A DNA stretch of 64,000 nt, from the NCBI GenBank assembly GCA_965223325.1, contig CBDCWI010000002.1, positions 3,424,001 to 3,488,000 on the forward strand. Reading direction: 5' to 3'. The first letter of the stretch is position 1, and every line of letters starts with the position of its first letter. This stretch comes from Candidatus Multivoradales bacterium (GTDB lineage: Bacteria; Acidobacteriota; Thermoanaerobaculia; Multivoradales; Multivoraceae). Positions 55,096 to 64,000 of the stretch are shown here, piece after piece. The translations under genes were made by a program, and so were the position numbers. A model generated the notes under the pieces. The model ran no database searches, was not told the origin of the DNA, and worked only from the letters and a program-made list of their open reading frames with translations.

Positions 55096-56659
55096 GCGCA
55101 CTACAGCGTCGCCCTCGGGTAACCTCCCGGGGCGCCCCCCCAATTTGAGAAAGGCACCCGGCCCCCCCACCCATCTTCCAACCACCGTGCACACAACCAG
55201 CAAACTCACCTCGCTGATCAAGACCGCTGACCGATGGCGTCGGCGGCGAGCCTTTTCAGATCAGAAGTCGATCGACTTTCTCGACTTCGGCGCCTCTGCC
55301 GGCGGATCGATCGAGCTCGCTACGTCCATGCTCGACGGCGACCGCGGCATTGGCATCGACATCGATCTGCGCAAGATCCGCAAGCTCGTGGCGGCCGGTC
55401 ACGACGCCGTCGCCGCCGACATCACGCGCCTCGCCTTCCCGGAGAACGCCGTGCGATTCGTGGTCATGAGCCACATCCTGGAACACCTCCCCAACTGGGA
55501 GCTCGTCCAGGCCACGCTCGAGAGCGGCGCCCGGGTCGCGAACGACTTCCTCTACATCGCCGGCCCCTACTTCGACCCCGACCAGTACCTCGAAGGTCAC
55601 GGCCTCAAGTTCTACTGGTCTGACTGGAGCGGCCACCCCTGCCACGTCACCATCGAGCAGGTCCTGGCCTGGGTCTCCAGCCGCGGCTTCGAATCTCAGC
55701 TCTTCTTGACGCGCCCCCTGATTAGCAGCCTGGACGGCGCGATTCACTCCCTCAAATCTGCCCGAAACTCGATGGAGTACGACGAGAGCGAGCACCCACC
55801 CAAACCACTCGTGGTCTTCCCGACACCCTTCTACCGCGAGTTCCTCATGCTGGTACACGTTGGCGGTGGGCCGTTCCCGACCGCGGTCGCCGAGCGAATC
55901 CAGAAACTCCGTCGCGCCATTCCCGCCGATCACGCAACGCCCTTGACCGCAAGTCAAATCGCGACACTTGACCGGCGCCCAGCCGAGCCCCCGCAACCAA
56001 CCGAAGGCAAACTGGTACAGGCGCTGCTCGCCATGCGTCGCTGGTCATGGGTTCGCTACTGCCACCAAGCCGAGTTTTTGGCGTCCAGACCGGGCGCAAG
56101 GAGCGTCCTCCTCGACTACAGCGAAAGCGCACTGGCGGCCCTTGCCCTGGCTCGGTCCAATCCCAGCCATGACGTTCACCTCGCCTGCAGCGGCGGCGAA
56201 GAGCTCACTCGATGCGAAGCCTCACTCGCCGGCCAGGTCTTCGAAGCCCCGCCGAACCTTCACATCGTTCGGCTAGACGACCCCATCGTGCGGGGCCGCC
56301 GGTTCGATGTCGTCATGAGCGGCGGCACAAGGCCGCGCGAGTCGCGGTCCCTGCGGGCTCACCTGAGACACCTCTCCAGAATCAACGCAGACCACCGCAT
56401 GTTCATCATCCCTTGGACAGACCACGCCAAAGATGAAGCGGCCATGACTCGCTCCGAAGTCCGCCAGTTGCTGGGTCGTGGCGAGACGAAGGGCTGCTAC
56501 TGGAGCGACCGCGGGGGAGCGTTGCGGGTGACGCTGCAAGAAATGGCCGACGACCAGATTGCTGAACACGCCGGTCACCTCGAGCGCTTCGGGTGGCTCG
56601 ACATTCGAGACGCGCCACCACGACCCGGAATCTGCGCCGCGCTGCGTATCGAGCGCTGA
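55022..56659 (+). CDS. Class I SAM-dependent methyltransferase with degenerate C-terminal domain (start likely downstream, ~55187)
   Basis: FLDFGASAG, GIGIDID, ADIT.L.F, MSHILEHLP. Confidence 0.7.
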   Translation: MPEKSGHNSASFTTRPGTAGSRGPERTTASPSGNLPGRPPNLRKAPGPPTHLPTTVHTTSKLTSLIKTADRWRRRRAFSDQKSIDFLDFGASAGGSIELATSMLDGDRGIGIDIDLRKIRKLVAAGHDAVAADITRLAFPENAVRFVVMSHILEHLPNWELVQATLESGARVANDFLYIAGPYFDPDQYLEGHGLKFYWSDWSGHPCHVTIEQVLAWVSSRGFESQLFLTRPLISSLDGAIHSLKSARNSMEYDESEHPPKPLVVFPTPFYREFLMLVHVGGGPFPTAVAERIQKLRRAIPADHATPLTASQIATLDRRPAEPPQPTEGKLVQALLAMRRWSWVRYCHQAEFLASRPGARSVLLDYSESALAALALARSNPSHDVHLACSGGEELTRCEASLAGQVFEAPPNLHIVRLDDPIVRGRRFDVVMSGGTRPRESRSLRAHLRHLSRINADHRMFIIPWTDHAKDEAAMTRSEVRQLLGRGETKGCYWSDRGGALRVTLQEMADDQIAEHAGHLERFGWLDIRDAPPRPGICAALRIER

Positions 56660-56859
56660 CGCTTGCAGCCTTTCGAAGCGACACGCTCTTGAAATGGAAG
56701 CGCCGTCCGCCAAGTCCGTGGAACGTCAGTTCGCTCAGTCGGCGGAAAGGCTCTCGTTGAACTCACGATGATGCCCGACGGCAGGCCGCGCCGTGCTCTC
56801 TCGTGCAGGACTGCGGCATCTGCTACGGGTCCACTGACAGAGTTGAATCTTCCCGACAA

Positions 56860-57033
56860 GGCTGCGGAAACTGACGCCCCGCGGAAATCGCTGCGCGATT
56901 CCACGTCAAGGCTTGGAGAACGCGATGCGTTTCCCACACTTACGCACAGCGCCTACGACGACGATCTGTCGGACACTTCTACGAGTGTCCAATCCAAACC
57001 GGTGAAAGTGTCCAAGTTACAACCGGTGGTGAC
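56860..57033 (+). mobile_element. IS end remnant (IS481-like right end)
   Basis: Palindrome-rich gctgcggaaa..cttggagaacgc..gcgtttcccaca..cacagc block; two direct repeats agtgtccaa-N-accggtg (56984, 57007) ending gtgac. Confidence 0.5.
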
Positions 57034-57551
57034 CTCCAGGGGGTCAGCAGGCGCAAGGGTCCGCGCACGACACAGCGCGACGAGGGCCGCCGCCCTGCAC
57101 CGGACCTCGTCGAGCGTGACTTCCCGGCCGAGAGGCAGGACCAGCTGTGGGCGTTGCGAGAAGCTGGGAATCGAGATTTCGATGGGATCAGTCGGCGACT
57201 GCTGTGACAACGCGATGTGCGAGAGCTTCTTCGCCTCGCTCGAGTGCGAACTCATCGATCGTCGCCGTTTCGAGAAGCGCACCGAAGCTCGGCGCGAGGT
57301 CTTCCCCTGGATCGAGGGTTGGTACAACGCCGAGCGCCGCCACTCCTCGATCGACTACTTCTCGCCGATGCGGTTCGAACAACGTCATCTGTCCCAGGAA
57401 GTAGCAGCGTGAGCAGCTCGCTCGCACGCGATCCCTACGGGACTGAAAGGCTGATGGTCGCTCGGGCTCCCATTAGCTCTCGGAGAGGGTACTCTCGTCA
57501 TCGAGCCGACTGACCACAATTCAAACCGTCCACGAAAACGGGGCAGGCTCA
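57034..57551 (+). mobile_element. IS3-family remnant with internally deleted OrfB and intact right end
   Basis: PAPDLVERDF..DQLW joined out of frame to SMGSVGDCCDNAMCESFFASLECE..WYNAERRHSSI..SP; terminal ccgtccacgaaaacggggcaggctCA. Confidence 0.88.
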
Positions 57552-57925
57552 CTATCGCGACGCCTGGCAGGGTGCAGCCGGCTATGGGGGCGCCGCCGCC
57601 CTCTCGGTTGGTCTCGCGATCCTTTTCAAGTCATCGTTCAGCCCGCGCTTCGAAGAGCAGGGGTAAGGGGACTCGTTGATAGCGAGGTATTCGGCCAAAA
57701 GGGTATAGCTTTCGGCCATACTGAACCCACCACCAAAGGCCCCGGGAAACACTGGCTCCAAGCGCTCATCTGACGGAGGCGGTTTTGGCCACCTCTTTAC
57801 CCCACCCGAGGCGACCCTTCGGATGGGGTAAACGCGCTGTCGGGAGCGCCTACTGGATACACCTTGTGAGCAGAGACGAACCGGGCTGCTGACAACCGCC
57901 TTGTGACTGTCTGTGCATGCTGAGG

Positions 57926-59170
57926 CTAGTTTGTGCAAGTGGTCGCTGAGTAGCTACACGTAGTGTTACCGCTTATCGTGCCGAACTGCCCGACCTCGTC
58001 GACGATTCCTCCAGAGTTCGTGCACGTTGGTGAGGACAGTGACTGAATAAGGTCCCGGAGGCAGAAGGCCGTGTTGCTGTCCTCCACAGTTACGTTATCA
58101 ATCTCGGTAGCTAGGTCATCATGCTGTGGGTCTGGCTCCAACACCCGAAGCCCCGTTGCGACGTTCTCGATGATGCCGTTCTTGACGGTGACATTCCTTG
58201 CCCCGACTTCGATGCCAAACCCTTCGCCTTCGAGACTGGAGATGGTGAAGTTCTGAAGGCTCGAGTTGTGCCCACCGGCACCGTTGGTTGAGGGAGGAGT
58301 GGCTTCGCCGTGGCGAAAGCGGATGCCTCGATCGCCGGGGCCGAGCTCATCTACCGTGATGTCGACGAGTTTGACTTTTCCGCGAACGTCAATGCCCGCT
58401 TTGCCTTGCTCGAAGCCGGGTCGCCTGACAAGAATGTTCTTCAGCAAGATGTCGGCACTGATGCTCGGTCCGTTCTTGAAGTCAATACCGTCATCACCCG
58501 AGTTCAGAACAACCACATCTTCGACGGTCATGTGTTGATAGCTCCCTTCTGAGAAACCTATTCCGTAGCCTTGCGTGTTCTTTACAAAGACATCACTGAT
58601 GAGGAGATTCCGGCCATTTGCGATGCGAATCCCCTGGTGCCCAGTAGCGATGGAGTCGTTGGGTCTTCGGCTTGCGTGAATACGGAGGCTTTCGATGGAA
58701 GCATAGTCAAGCGTGGATGCCCCTGGTTCGGGTCGCCCGTCAATCGGGCGTCTGTTGTCATCCCAATCGAGCTGGAGGATGGCTCCATTCCTTGACTCAC
58801 CGAGCAGACAAACATGAGAGCGCAAGTTCACCATGATGTTCCCGGTGCCGGGGCGCCGCAGGTTGTAGACCCCGTTAGGGAAGTAAACCTCTCCGCACTT
58901 GCCCGACTGGTTCTTGTAGGCGTCGTGTGCGTCGTCGATGGCTGCTTGAATGAATACCCAGTCGTCGGAAGCGTTGTTTGCCGTATCGGCGCCATACACA
59001 GTCACGTCGTAGTTCCCCATTCTCTGAGGGCAGGTCGGTTCGCAACCGGACTGAGCCATCGCGCTAGTGGGAACGGAGAAGGTGGCGGCGATCGCAGCGG
59101 CCAGAATGAACGTTGTTCTCCACCTAAGAACCTCGAACACGAAGGGAAAGATTGGTCTAGTCATCTTCAT
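57926..59170 (-). CDS. Secreted right-handed beta-helix protein (pectate_lyase_3-like N-terminus)
   Basis: Signal peptide; DVTVYGA....DD...IQAAID, VYFPNGVY, repeated G.GI turns. Confidence 0.8.
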   Translation of the reverse strand: MKMTRPIFPFVFEVLRWRTTFILAAAIAATFSVPTSAMAQSGCEPTCPQRMGNYDVTVYGADTANNASDDWVFIQAAIDDAHDAYKNQSGKCGEVYFPNGVYNLRRPGTGNIMVNLRSHVCLLGESRNGAILQLDWDDNRRPIDGRPEPGASTLDYASIESLRIHASRRPNDSIATGHQGIRIANGRNLLISDVFVKNTQGYGIGFSEGSYQHMTVEDVVVLNSGDDGIDFKNGPSISADILLKNILVRRPGFEQGKAGIDVRGKVKLVDITVDELGPGDRGIRFRHGEATPPSTNGAGGHNSSLQNFTISSLEGEGFGIEVGARNVTVKNGIIENVATGLRVLEPDPQHDDLATEIDNVTVEDSNTAFCLRDLIQSLSSPTCTNSGGIVDEVGQFGTISGNTTCSYSATTCTN

Positions 59171-59470
59171 ACTCTCCTGCAAAGAGGCAACATCGCCTTG
59201 TAGGGGGACATCGCAATGGACGGGATCCAGGCTCAGGTGTGGATTCAGAGAAGCAAAAAGACTCAGGCCAGGTGCGAACCCCGACTATAAGCTATTGGCA
59301 AAAGGGCGAAGCACAAATGTTGCCCTGGGCAACGCGCCGTCTGAGTGTCAAGCCGGCCCTGCGCCCGGAAGCGGGCGGCGAATTGCGGCCAACCCGCCCG
59401 GACAAGGTAGTGTCGGTCCGAACCCTAAGACCGTCTCGCGATTGCCAGAACCTAGAGTAGGCGAGCCACC

Positions 59471-59761
59471 GTGAGTGTCGTAGCAAGAAAGGAAGGCCCC
59501 CGCGGCCCTGTTCGGTATCGAGGCAGAGGGTGTCGCCCTCTCCTCAGCCTGGTCTGCACCGTCCTTGCTCTCGGAACCAGCTCCTGCTCAAGTCCAGAGC
59601 CGCCCCGCCTCAGCAGTAGGGGGTACGCAGAAGACCTCTTGTGCTCCTTGCAGTCCGCGGTCGGCCGCCCGCCGGACACGACCGGTGCTGCTCTGGAGCT
59701 TGCAGCCGGCTGTGAAGATGTAAGACGGCAGCGAAGAATCGATCTTCCATGTGGGGAGTAG
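59471..59761 (+). CDS. Lipoprotein-signal ORF; probably the frameshifted N-terminus of the next gene
   Basis: LVCTVLALGTSSC lipobox-like; overlaps the start of the 59751 ORF. Confidence 0.45.
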   Translation: MSVVARKEGPRGPVRYRGRGCRPLLSLVCTVLALGTSSCSSPEPPRLSSRGYAEDLLCSLQSAVGRPPDTTGAALELAAGCEDVRRQRRIDLPCGE

Positions 59762-62372
59762 GGACCGTCGACGGTCTGCCCTGCTACCCGCAGGCGTTTC
59801 AGTCGTTGTCCCGTTGGAGCTTCGGGCCGGAACAGAACCCCGCCTGAAGTTCTCTCTTCGGACTGTTTCAGGCAGCGTCAGCGATGTGGGTATCTCCATC
59901 CGGGGAGCTCGCCAAGCAAACGGATCACCGCTCGACCTCGAGACTGAGACCACTCCGGATAGTTGGCGCGACTTTGACGTCATGCTCCTAGAGACCGACT
60001 GTCCCTGCAGTCTTCGGCTCGAAGCTCATGCGACGAACGGAAAAGCAGCGACGGTTGCGGTCGCAACTCCGCGAGTCGTCTATCCGCCCGAAGGAGCCGG
60101 CTCGAAGGCCCAAAGGGACGTGGTCGTCTACCTGATCGACACCCTCCGCGCCGACCGCACCTCCGCTGCGGGCTATTCCCGTCCAACGACGCCCTTCATG
60201 GAGGAGCTTGCGGCCGAGGGGATTCTGTTCGAGAACAACTACAGCACAGCGGCGTGGACCCGGCCCGCGGTAGCCAGCCTCATGACCTCGCTCTTCCCCA
60301 GCTACCACAACACCAGCACGGACACCGGGCTTCCTCGGGGAGTCGAGACCCTCGCTGAGAGCTTCCGCGCCGCGGGCTTTTCAACCCTCGCCGTCGTCGC
60401 CAACAACCATGTGGGGCGCGCGGGGCTCGGCTTCGAACAGGGGTTCGACCAGCTGATTCAATTGTCGCTGGCACCTGCGGGGCGAATTCATGCTGCCGCA
60501 CTCGAGCACATGGATCGACTTGGGGACGAGCCGCTGTTCTTGTACATCCATACGATCGAGCCCCACAGTCCCTACGACACCCCCGACCCACTCCGGAGCA
60601 TGTTCGCGAATCCGGACTACCGTGGCCCCGTCCAGGTAGCTTCAACGCACCGGGCGACTCTGAACAAGATGACCCTCGACGGTGACGACAGAAAACACAT
60701 CAGCGATCTTTACGACGCCGGCGTGCGAGAGGCAGACGAGGGTCTCCGCCGCTTCGTGGCGGATCTCGAAAGCAGGGGGCGATTGCGCTCTACCCTTCTA
60801 GTGGTGACCTCGGACCATGGGGAAGAGCTCTACGAGCATGACGGCTGGGGGCACGGTCACCGTCTGTTCGAAGAGCAGATCCGCATACCCCTTCTCATCT
60901 GGGATCATGCGTTGTTCGATCGCCACCGCCATCGAATTCATTCGCCCACTCAGATCATCGACATCATGCCGACTCTTCTCGATTGGTTTGGAGTCGCGAA
61001 GCCGCCAGGACTTCACGGGACGCAACTGCCGCTCGAAGATGGCGGGATTTTCGCACCAGGCGGAAACCAGCGCCCGATCTTCGGTGAGGAGATTCGATAT
61101 GACGTAGATCGCCAATTGACGTCGTTTCGAATAGGTCATCGGAAGATCATCCGGCATCGTCGCCAAGGCGGAAAGTCCCTGGGCACGCTGTACTTCGACC
61201 TCAAAGCGGATCCGTCGGAACACGCAAAGTTGAGCGTCGACGAACGCCCAGAACTCGAAGAGGCCATGGACGACTTCATCCGCGAACTAGAGCGGGCAAC
61301 GAGGGCCAGCGCCCCGGAGATCGTTGTTGCGACCGATGAGATCCCTGAGCTCGCAGCGCTGGGCTACGTAGACGACCCAAGAAGAGCCTGCCTGGAGCAA
61401 GCGGGGACCGTCGCCCCTCACAGCGATATCGTCCGCCGAGCTGTGGTCTCTCCAAGTGGAAGGTGGGCTCTTTCAGCTGGATACGATCGCAACGTCGCAC
61501 TACACAGAATCGACACCAGTGGCGAGAACCCTCTCGCGCACCTCGACACGATCGAGATCAGCGACCGGAGGCTCTACACGGTGGCGTGGTCACCCGATGG
61601 CCTTTGGGCGTTAGCTGGCGGCGTTGGCGAGCGTGTTCACCTGTTTAGAGTCGACACGAGTGCAAAGCGACTGGTAGCGATCGGAGAATCCGGCGAGCAA
61701 ACGAGCCCAACACGAGATCTGGCCTGGGTCGACAAGCACACGGCAGTGATGGCTACTCAGAAGGAGCTTCGCTTCCTTGAGATCGACACTTCGTCCGGAG
61801 CCATCAGCGTAAGGTCGAGGATTCGCCCCCATGCAACATCACTCAACAGCATCGATGTCTCACCGTCTGGCAATCACCTCCTTACGACCTCCCACGACCG
61901 CACGCTCAAGTTGTTCCGGATCGACCCGCGAGCGCTGCTCTTCGAGGAGCTGGACACCTTCGCCGGGCCGCTTGATGTTCTTTATGACACGTCATGGTCG
62001 CCAAACGGAGCGCACGCGGTCCTCACCGGCTCGGTTCCGCTTGCATGGCTTCTCTCGGTCGACTCAGCAAGTGGTCGGCTCGCCCTGGTCCAGTCCGTTC
62101 AGCTTGCTGATGCTAAGAACAGGGCCATCGCTTGGGCTCCCCACGGGGGACAGATCGTGGTCGGCTCCCGAGCGCTAGAACTGACGGAGCTTCTCGCCAT
62201 TCCGGAGAACCGCTTCTTCGGCATACTCCGAGAGCCGGTCCGTCTACCCAAGCAGGAACGAGATGCCGTCTTCAGTGCGGAGTGGTCGCCCGACGGGCGC
62301 CTGCTTCTTCTTGGTCGGGCATCGGGAAAGGTCGAGCTGTTGGTGAACAAGTGCCTTCAAGAAGATGAGTAG
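59751..62372 (+). CDS. Sulfatase-like domain fused to WD40 beta-propeller
   Basis: VVVYLIDTLRAD, WTRPAVASLMT, TSDHGE, LAALGY; then repeats SPSGRW, WSPDG, SPSGNHLLTTSHD.TLKLF, WSPNG, WSPDGR. Confidence 0.85.
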   Translation: MGSRDRRRSALLPAGVSVVVPLELRAGTEPRLKFSLRTVSGSVSDVGISIRGARQANGSPLDLETETTPDSWRDFDVMLLETDCPCSLRLEAHATNGKAATVAVATPRVVYPPEGAGSKAQRDVVVYLIDTLRADRTSAAGYSRPTTPFMEELAAEGILFENNYSTAAWTRPAVASLMTSLFPSYHNTSTDTGLPRGVETLAESFRAAGFSTLAVVANNHVGRAGLGFEQGFDQLIQLSLAPAGRIHAAALEHMDRLGDEPLFLYIHTIEPHSPYDTPDPLRSMFANPDYRGPVQVASTHRATLNKMTLDGDDRKHISDLYDAGVREADEGLRRFVADLESRGRLRSTLLVVTSDHGEELYEHDGWGHGHRLFEEQIRIPLLIWDHALFDRHRHRIHSPTQIIDIMPTLLDWFGVAKPPGLHGTQLPLEDGGIFAPGGNQRPIFGEEIRYDVDRQLTSFRIGHRKIIRHRRQGGKSLGTLYFDLKADPSEHAKLSVDERPELEEAMDDFIRELERATRASAPEIVVATDEIPELAALGYVDDPRRACLEQAGTVAPHSDIVRRAVVSPSGRWALSAGYDRNVALHRIDTSGENPLAHLDTIEISDRRLYTVAWSPDGLWALAGGVGERVHLFRVDTSAKRLVAIGESGEQTSPTRDLAWVDKHTAVMATQKELRFLEIDTSSGAISVRSRIRPHATSLNSIDVSPSGNHLLTTSHDRTLKLFRIDPRALLFEELDTFAGPLDVLYDTSWSPNGAHAVLTGSVPLAWLLSVDSASGRLALVQSVQLADAKNRAIAWAPHGGQIVVGSRALELTELLAIPENRFFGILREPVRLPKQERDAVFSAEWSPDGRLLLLGRASGKVELLVNKCLQEDE

Positions 62373-63816
62373 GGGAGCGTGCCGCCACCCGGTTGACGCC
62401 AGCTGCCGACAGCCCTGGAGACCTTGCACCATTCTCCGGTAACAAACGGGGCGCGGCAAGCCGAGCCTTCCCGTCCGTGGTGAAGCCATCGACGGATCGG
62501 CCGTTCGCGGTGCAGCCATCTAGGCGCACCTCGCTCCTCGTCTTCGGGTGATCGAGCTCGAAAGCTCTGTCTGGTGACGCGCCCGCCGCGGTTCGGACAC
62601 GAACGTCGATCAGCTCTACACCCGAGTGGAGCGACTCCGAGAACCCTTCCGCCAACGGATAGATCAACACCCCCTTCAAGGTGCCTCGGATCTCTCCATC
62701 GCGCACGGTGACTCCACGCGAAGAGACCACAACTCCGCTCGAACGGGAGCCCGGAACCGCCTCGACCTCAAACCCCTCTAGCCTCGAGCCGTGCCCGCCC
62801 AGCCCGTTGAAACGCGGCGTTTCCGTTGCAAGGTGGCGGTGCCCATCGGGCGACGCACACCCCAGGTGAGGGCCGGGGAACTCGAGCCACCTCCTGCCTT
62901 GAGGGTCGACGCTGGTGGCGGGTTGGACTCCAGGCCGAAAACGAACACCGATGTCATCCCCCATCAGACCAAGAACGCGTATCCCGCTCAGCTCGGTGGC
63001 GCCACGGACGTCAATGCCAGCGTCCCGGGAACCCAGGCCTTTCGCGACTCCCGGCCGAATCACCTCGACGTCACGGATCTTGATGCCGAAGTTGCTACCT
63101 TCGCGATTCTTGATGTCGATGCCGTCTCCACCTGTATCCACGATCCGAACATTCTTGATCAAGACGTTTCGGAATCTACCAGAAATGCCGCGTATCTTCT
63201 GGAGCGCGATACCGTAGCTCATCGTGTTCTTGACCTCGAGATCGATCAAGACGACATCTTCAGCATCGCCGAGCCGGAGGCCATGGCCACCCCGGGCGTT
63301 ACGGCCCTTGAGACCCTCTCGATTGCCATCGATGGTCAGGCCGGCGACGACGAGATCTCTGACGGCGGCACCATTCATCACATGAGACGCGGGCGGATCA
63401 GCTTCGCTCCCATCGGCAAGACGGATCACCGTCAGGCCTTTTCCCGCGCCCCGAACCGTCAGGTTCGAGTAAAGACAGAGTGCGCTCCTCCGCCCGGGTC
63501 GACCATCACTATCCGAGTCGTGGACCAGGTACTCGCCCGCCGGAAAACGGACGACCCAACCTTCGCGGGCAGCTACCAGGAAGGCTGAGCGAATCGCCGC
63601 AGTGTCGTCGTGCTCGCCATCCCCGCGTGCGCCACAGTGAACCTTTACATCGAGAATGCCGGACTTGGTCGGTCGACACTGATCTGGCGACGGTTCGCAC
63701 GAAGCGCCCGCGCCGGCACTCAACGCGAGAAACACACCAAACGAAGTCACGGCGTGTCGAACAGCGGACGCAACCCTCTTGTTGGCGAAGAGGACACTGC
63801 TGTTCATCGGGTACAT
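62272..63816 (-). CDS. Secreted right-handed beta-helix protein, paralog of 57926-59170
   Basis: GARGDG..DDTAAI..A, VRFPAGEYL, LTIDGN, DGIDIKN, AGIDVRG. Confidence 0.8.
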   Translation of the reverse strand: MYPMNSSVLFANKRVASAVRHAVTSFGVFLALSAGAGASCEPSPDQCRPTKSGILDVKVHCGARGDGEHDDTAAIRSAFLVAAREGWVVRFPAGEYLVHDSDSDGRPGRRSALCLYSNLTVRGAGKGLTVIRLADGSEADPPASHVMNGAAVRDLVVAGLTIDGNREGLKGRNARGGHGLRLGDAEDVVLIDLEVKNTMSYGIALQKIRGISGRFRNVLIKNVRIVDTGGDGIDIKNREGSNFGIKIRDVEVIRPGVAKGLGSRDAGIDVRGATELSGIRVLGLMGDDIGVRFRPGVQPATSVDPQGRRWLEFPGPHLGCASPDGHRHLATETPRFNGLGGHGSRLEGFEVEAVPGSRSSGVVVSSRGVTVRDGEIRGTLKGVLIYPLAEGFSESLHSGVELIDVRVRTAAGASPDRAFELDHPKTRSEVRLDGCTANGRSVDGFTTDGKARLAAPRLLPENGARSPGLSAAGVNRVAARSPTHLLEGTCSPTARPFPMPDQEEAGARRATTPH

Positions 63817-63998
63817 CGCGTTTCTGCCAATGTCTCGGGCAAGGGTCTTCTGGCCGGGTCCTCTCGGTCTGGACAGCCTCCGATCTCCTCATCAACGACG
63901 TGGCCGACTGGGGCGTCTACGGCAGCCACAGGCTCCACTCGGTCGTACCTGAACTCTCGAAGTCGTCGAAGAAGAGCGGCTCCCGACCACACCATCGA
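63804..63998 (-). CDS. C-terminal fragment of a gene extending beyond the window
   Basis: Frame is open to the window edge; its stop overlaps the start region of the beta-helix gene. Confidence 0.35.
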   Translation of the reverse strand, partial: SMVWSGAALLRRLREFRYDRVEPVAAVDAPVGHVVDEEIGGCPDREDPARRPLPETLAETRCTR

Positions 63999-64000
63999 TC

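Noticed and set aside
59395-59455. c-di-GMP-I riboswitch (CTAAG...GATTGCC)
   Set aside because: Lacks the GGCAAA-stem-GAAA / GCAAA architecture in the right order; kept only as an unknown motif

Overview
High-GC bacterial chromosomal window. Gene content and order suggest Acidobacteriota, possibly Thermoanaerobaculia-like; this is an inference only. 1-17 kb holds accessory and envelope genes: a 5'-truncated PilY1-like adhesin, a MITE/REP-like 261-bp repeat array, a secreted atypical kinase, an ECF sigma factor, an SDR, a sulfatase-like lipoprotein, a Tat-exported epoxide hydrolase, a PQQ-type propeller and thiG. This part also holds two genes that the ORF track splits at an in-frame TGA: an exported peroxiredoxin (TGG-U) and a DUF3179 protein (W-U-PLA). 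Each TGA is followed by a SECIS-like hairpin with GU at +24/+25, so both are probable selenoproteins. 17-53 kb is core genome: tsaD, pgk, tpiA, secG, tRNA-Leu, a cyclophilin, mobA, the bacillithiol genes bshC-bshB1-bshA, dusB, tmRNA, mtnA, a cystathionine lyase, comEA/fimT, two lepB genes, bactofilin-parB-parA-rsmG with three perfect parS sites, jag-yidC-yidD-rnpA-rpmH (no adjacent dnaA or mnmEG), tadA, two tRNA-Ser genes with a duplicated structured trailer, SRP RNA, a dnaX lacking its zinc-module cysteines, ybaB and recR. 53-64 kb is a glycan-related accessory region: an aminotransferase, a GT4, a methyltransferase, IS481- and IS3-like remnants, two paralogous beta-helix proteins, a sulfatase-WD40 fusion and an unexplained repeated structured motif. 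All assignments come from reading motifs by eye; no database searches were run.
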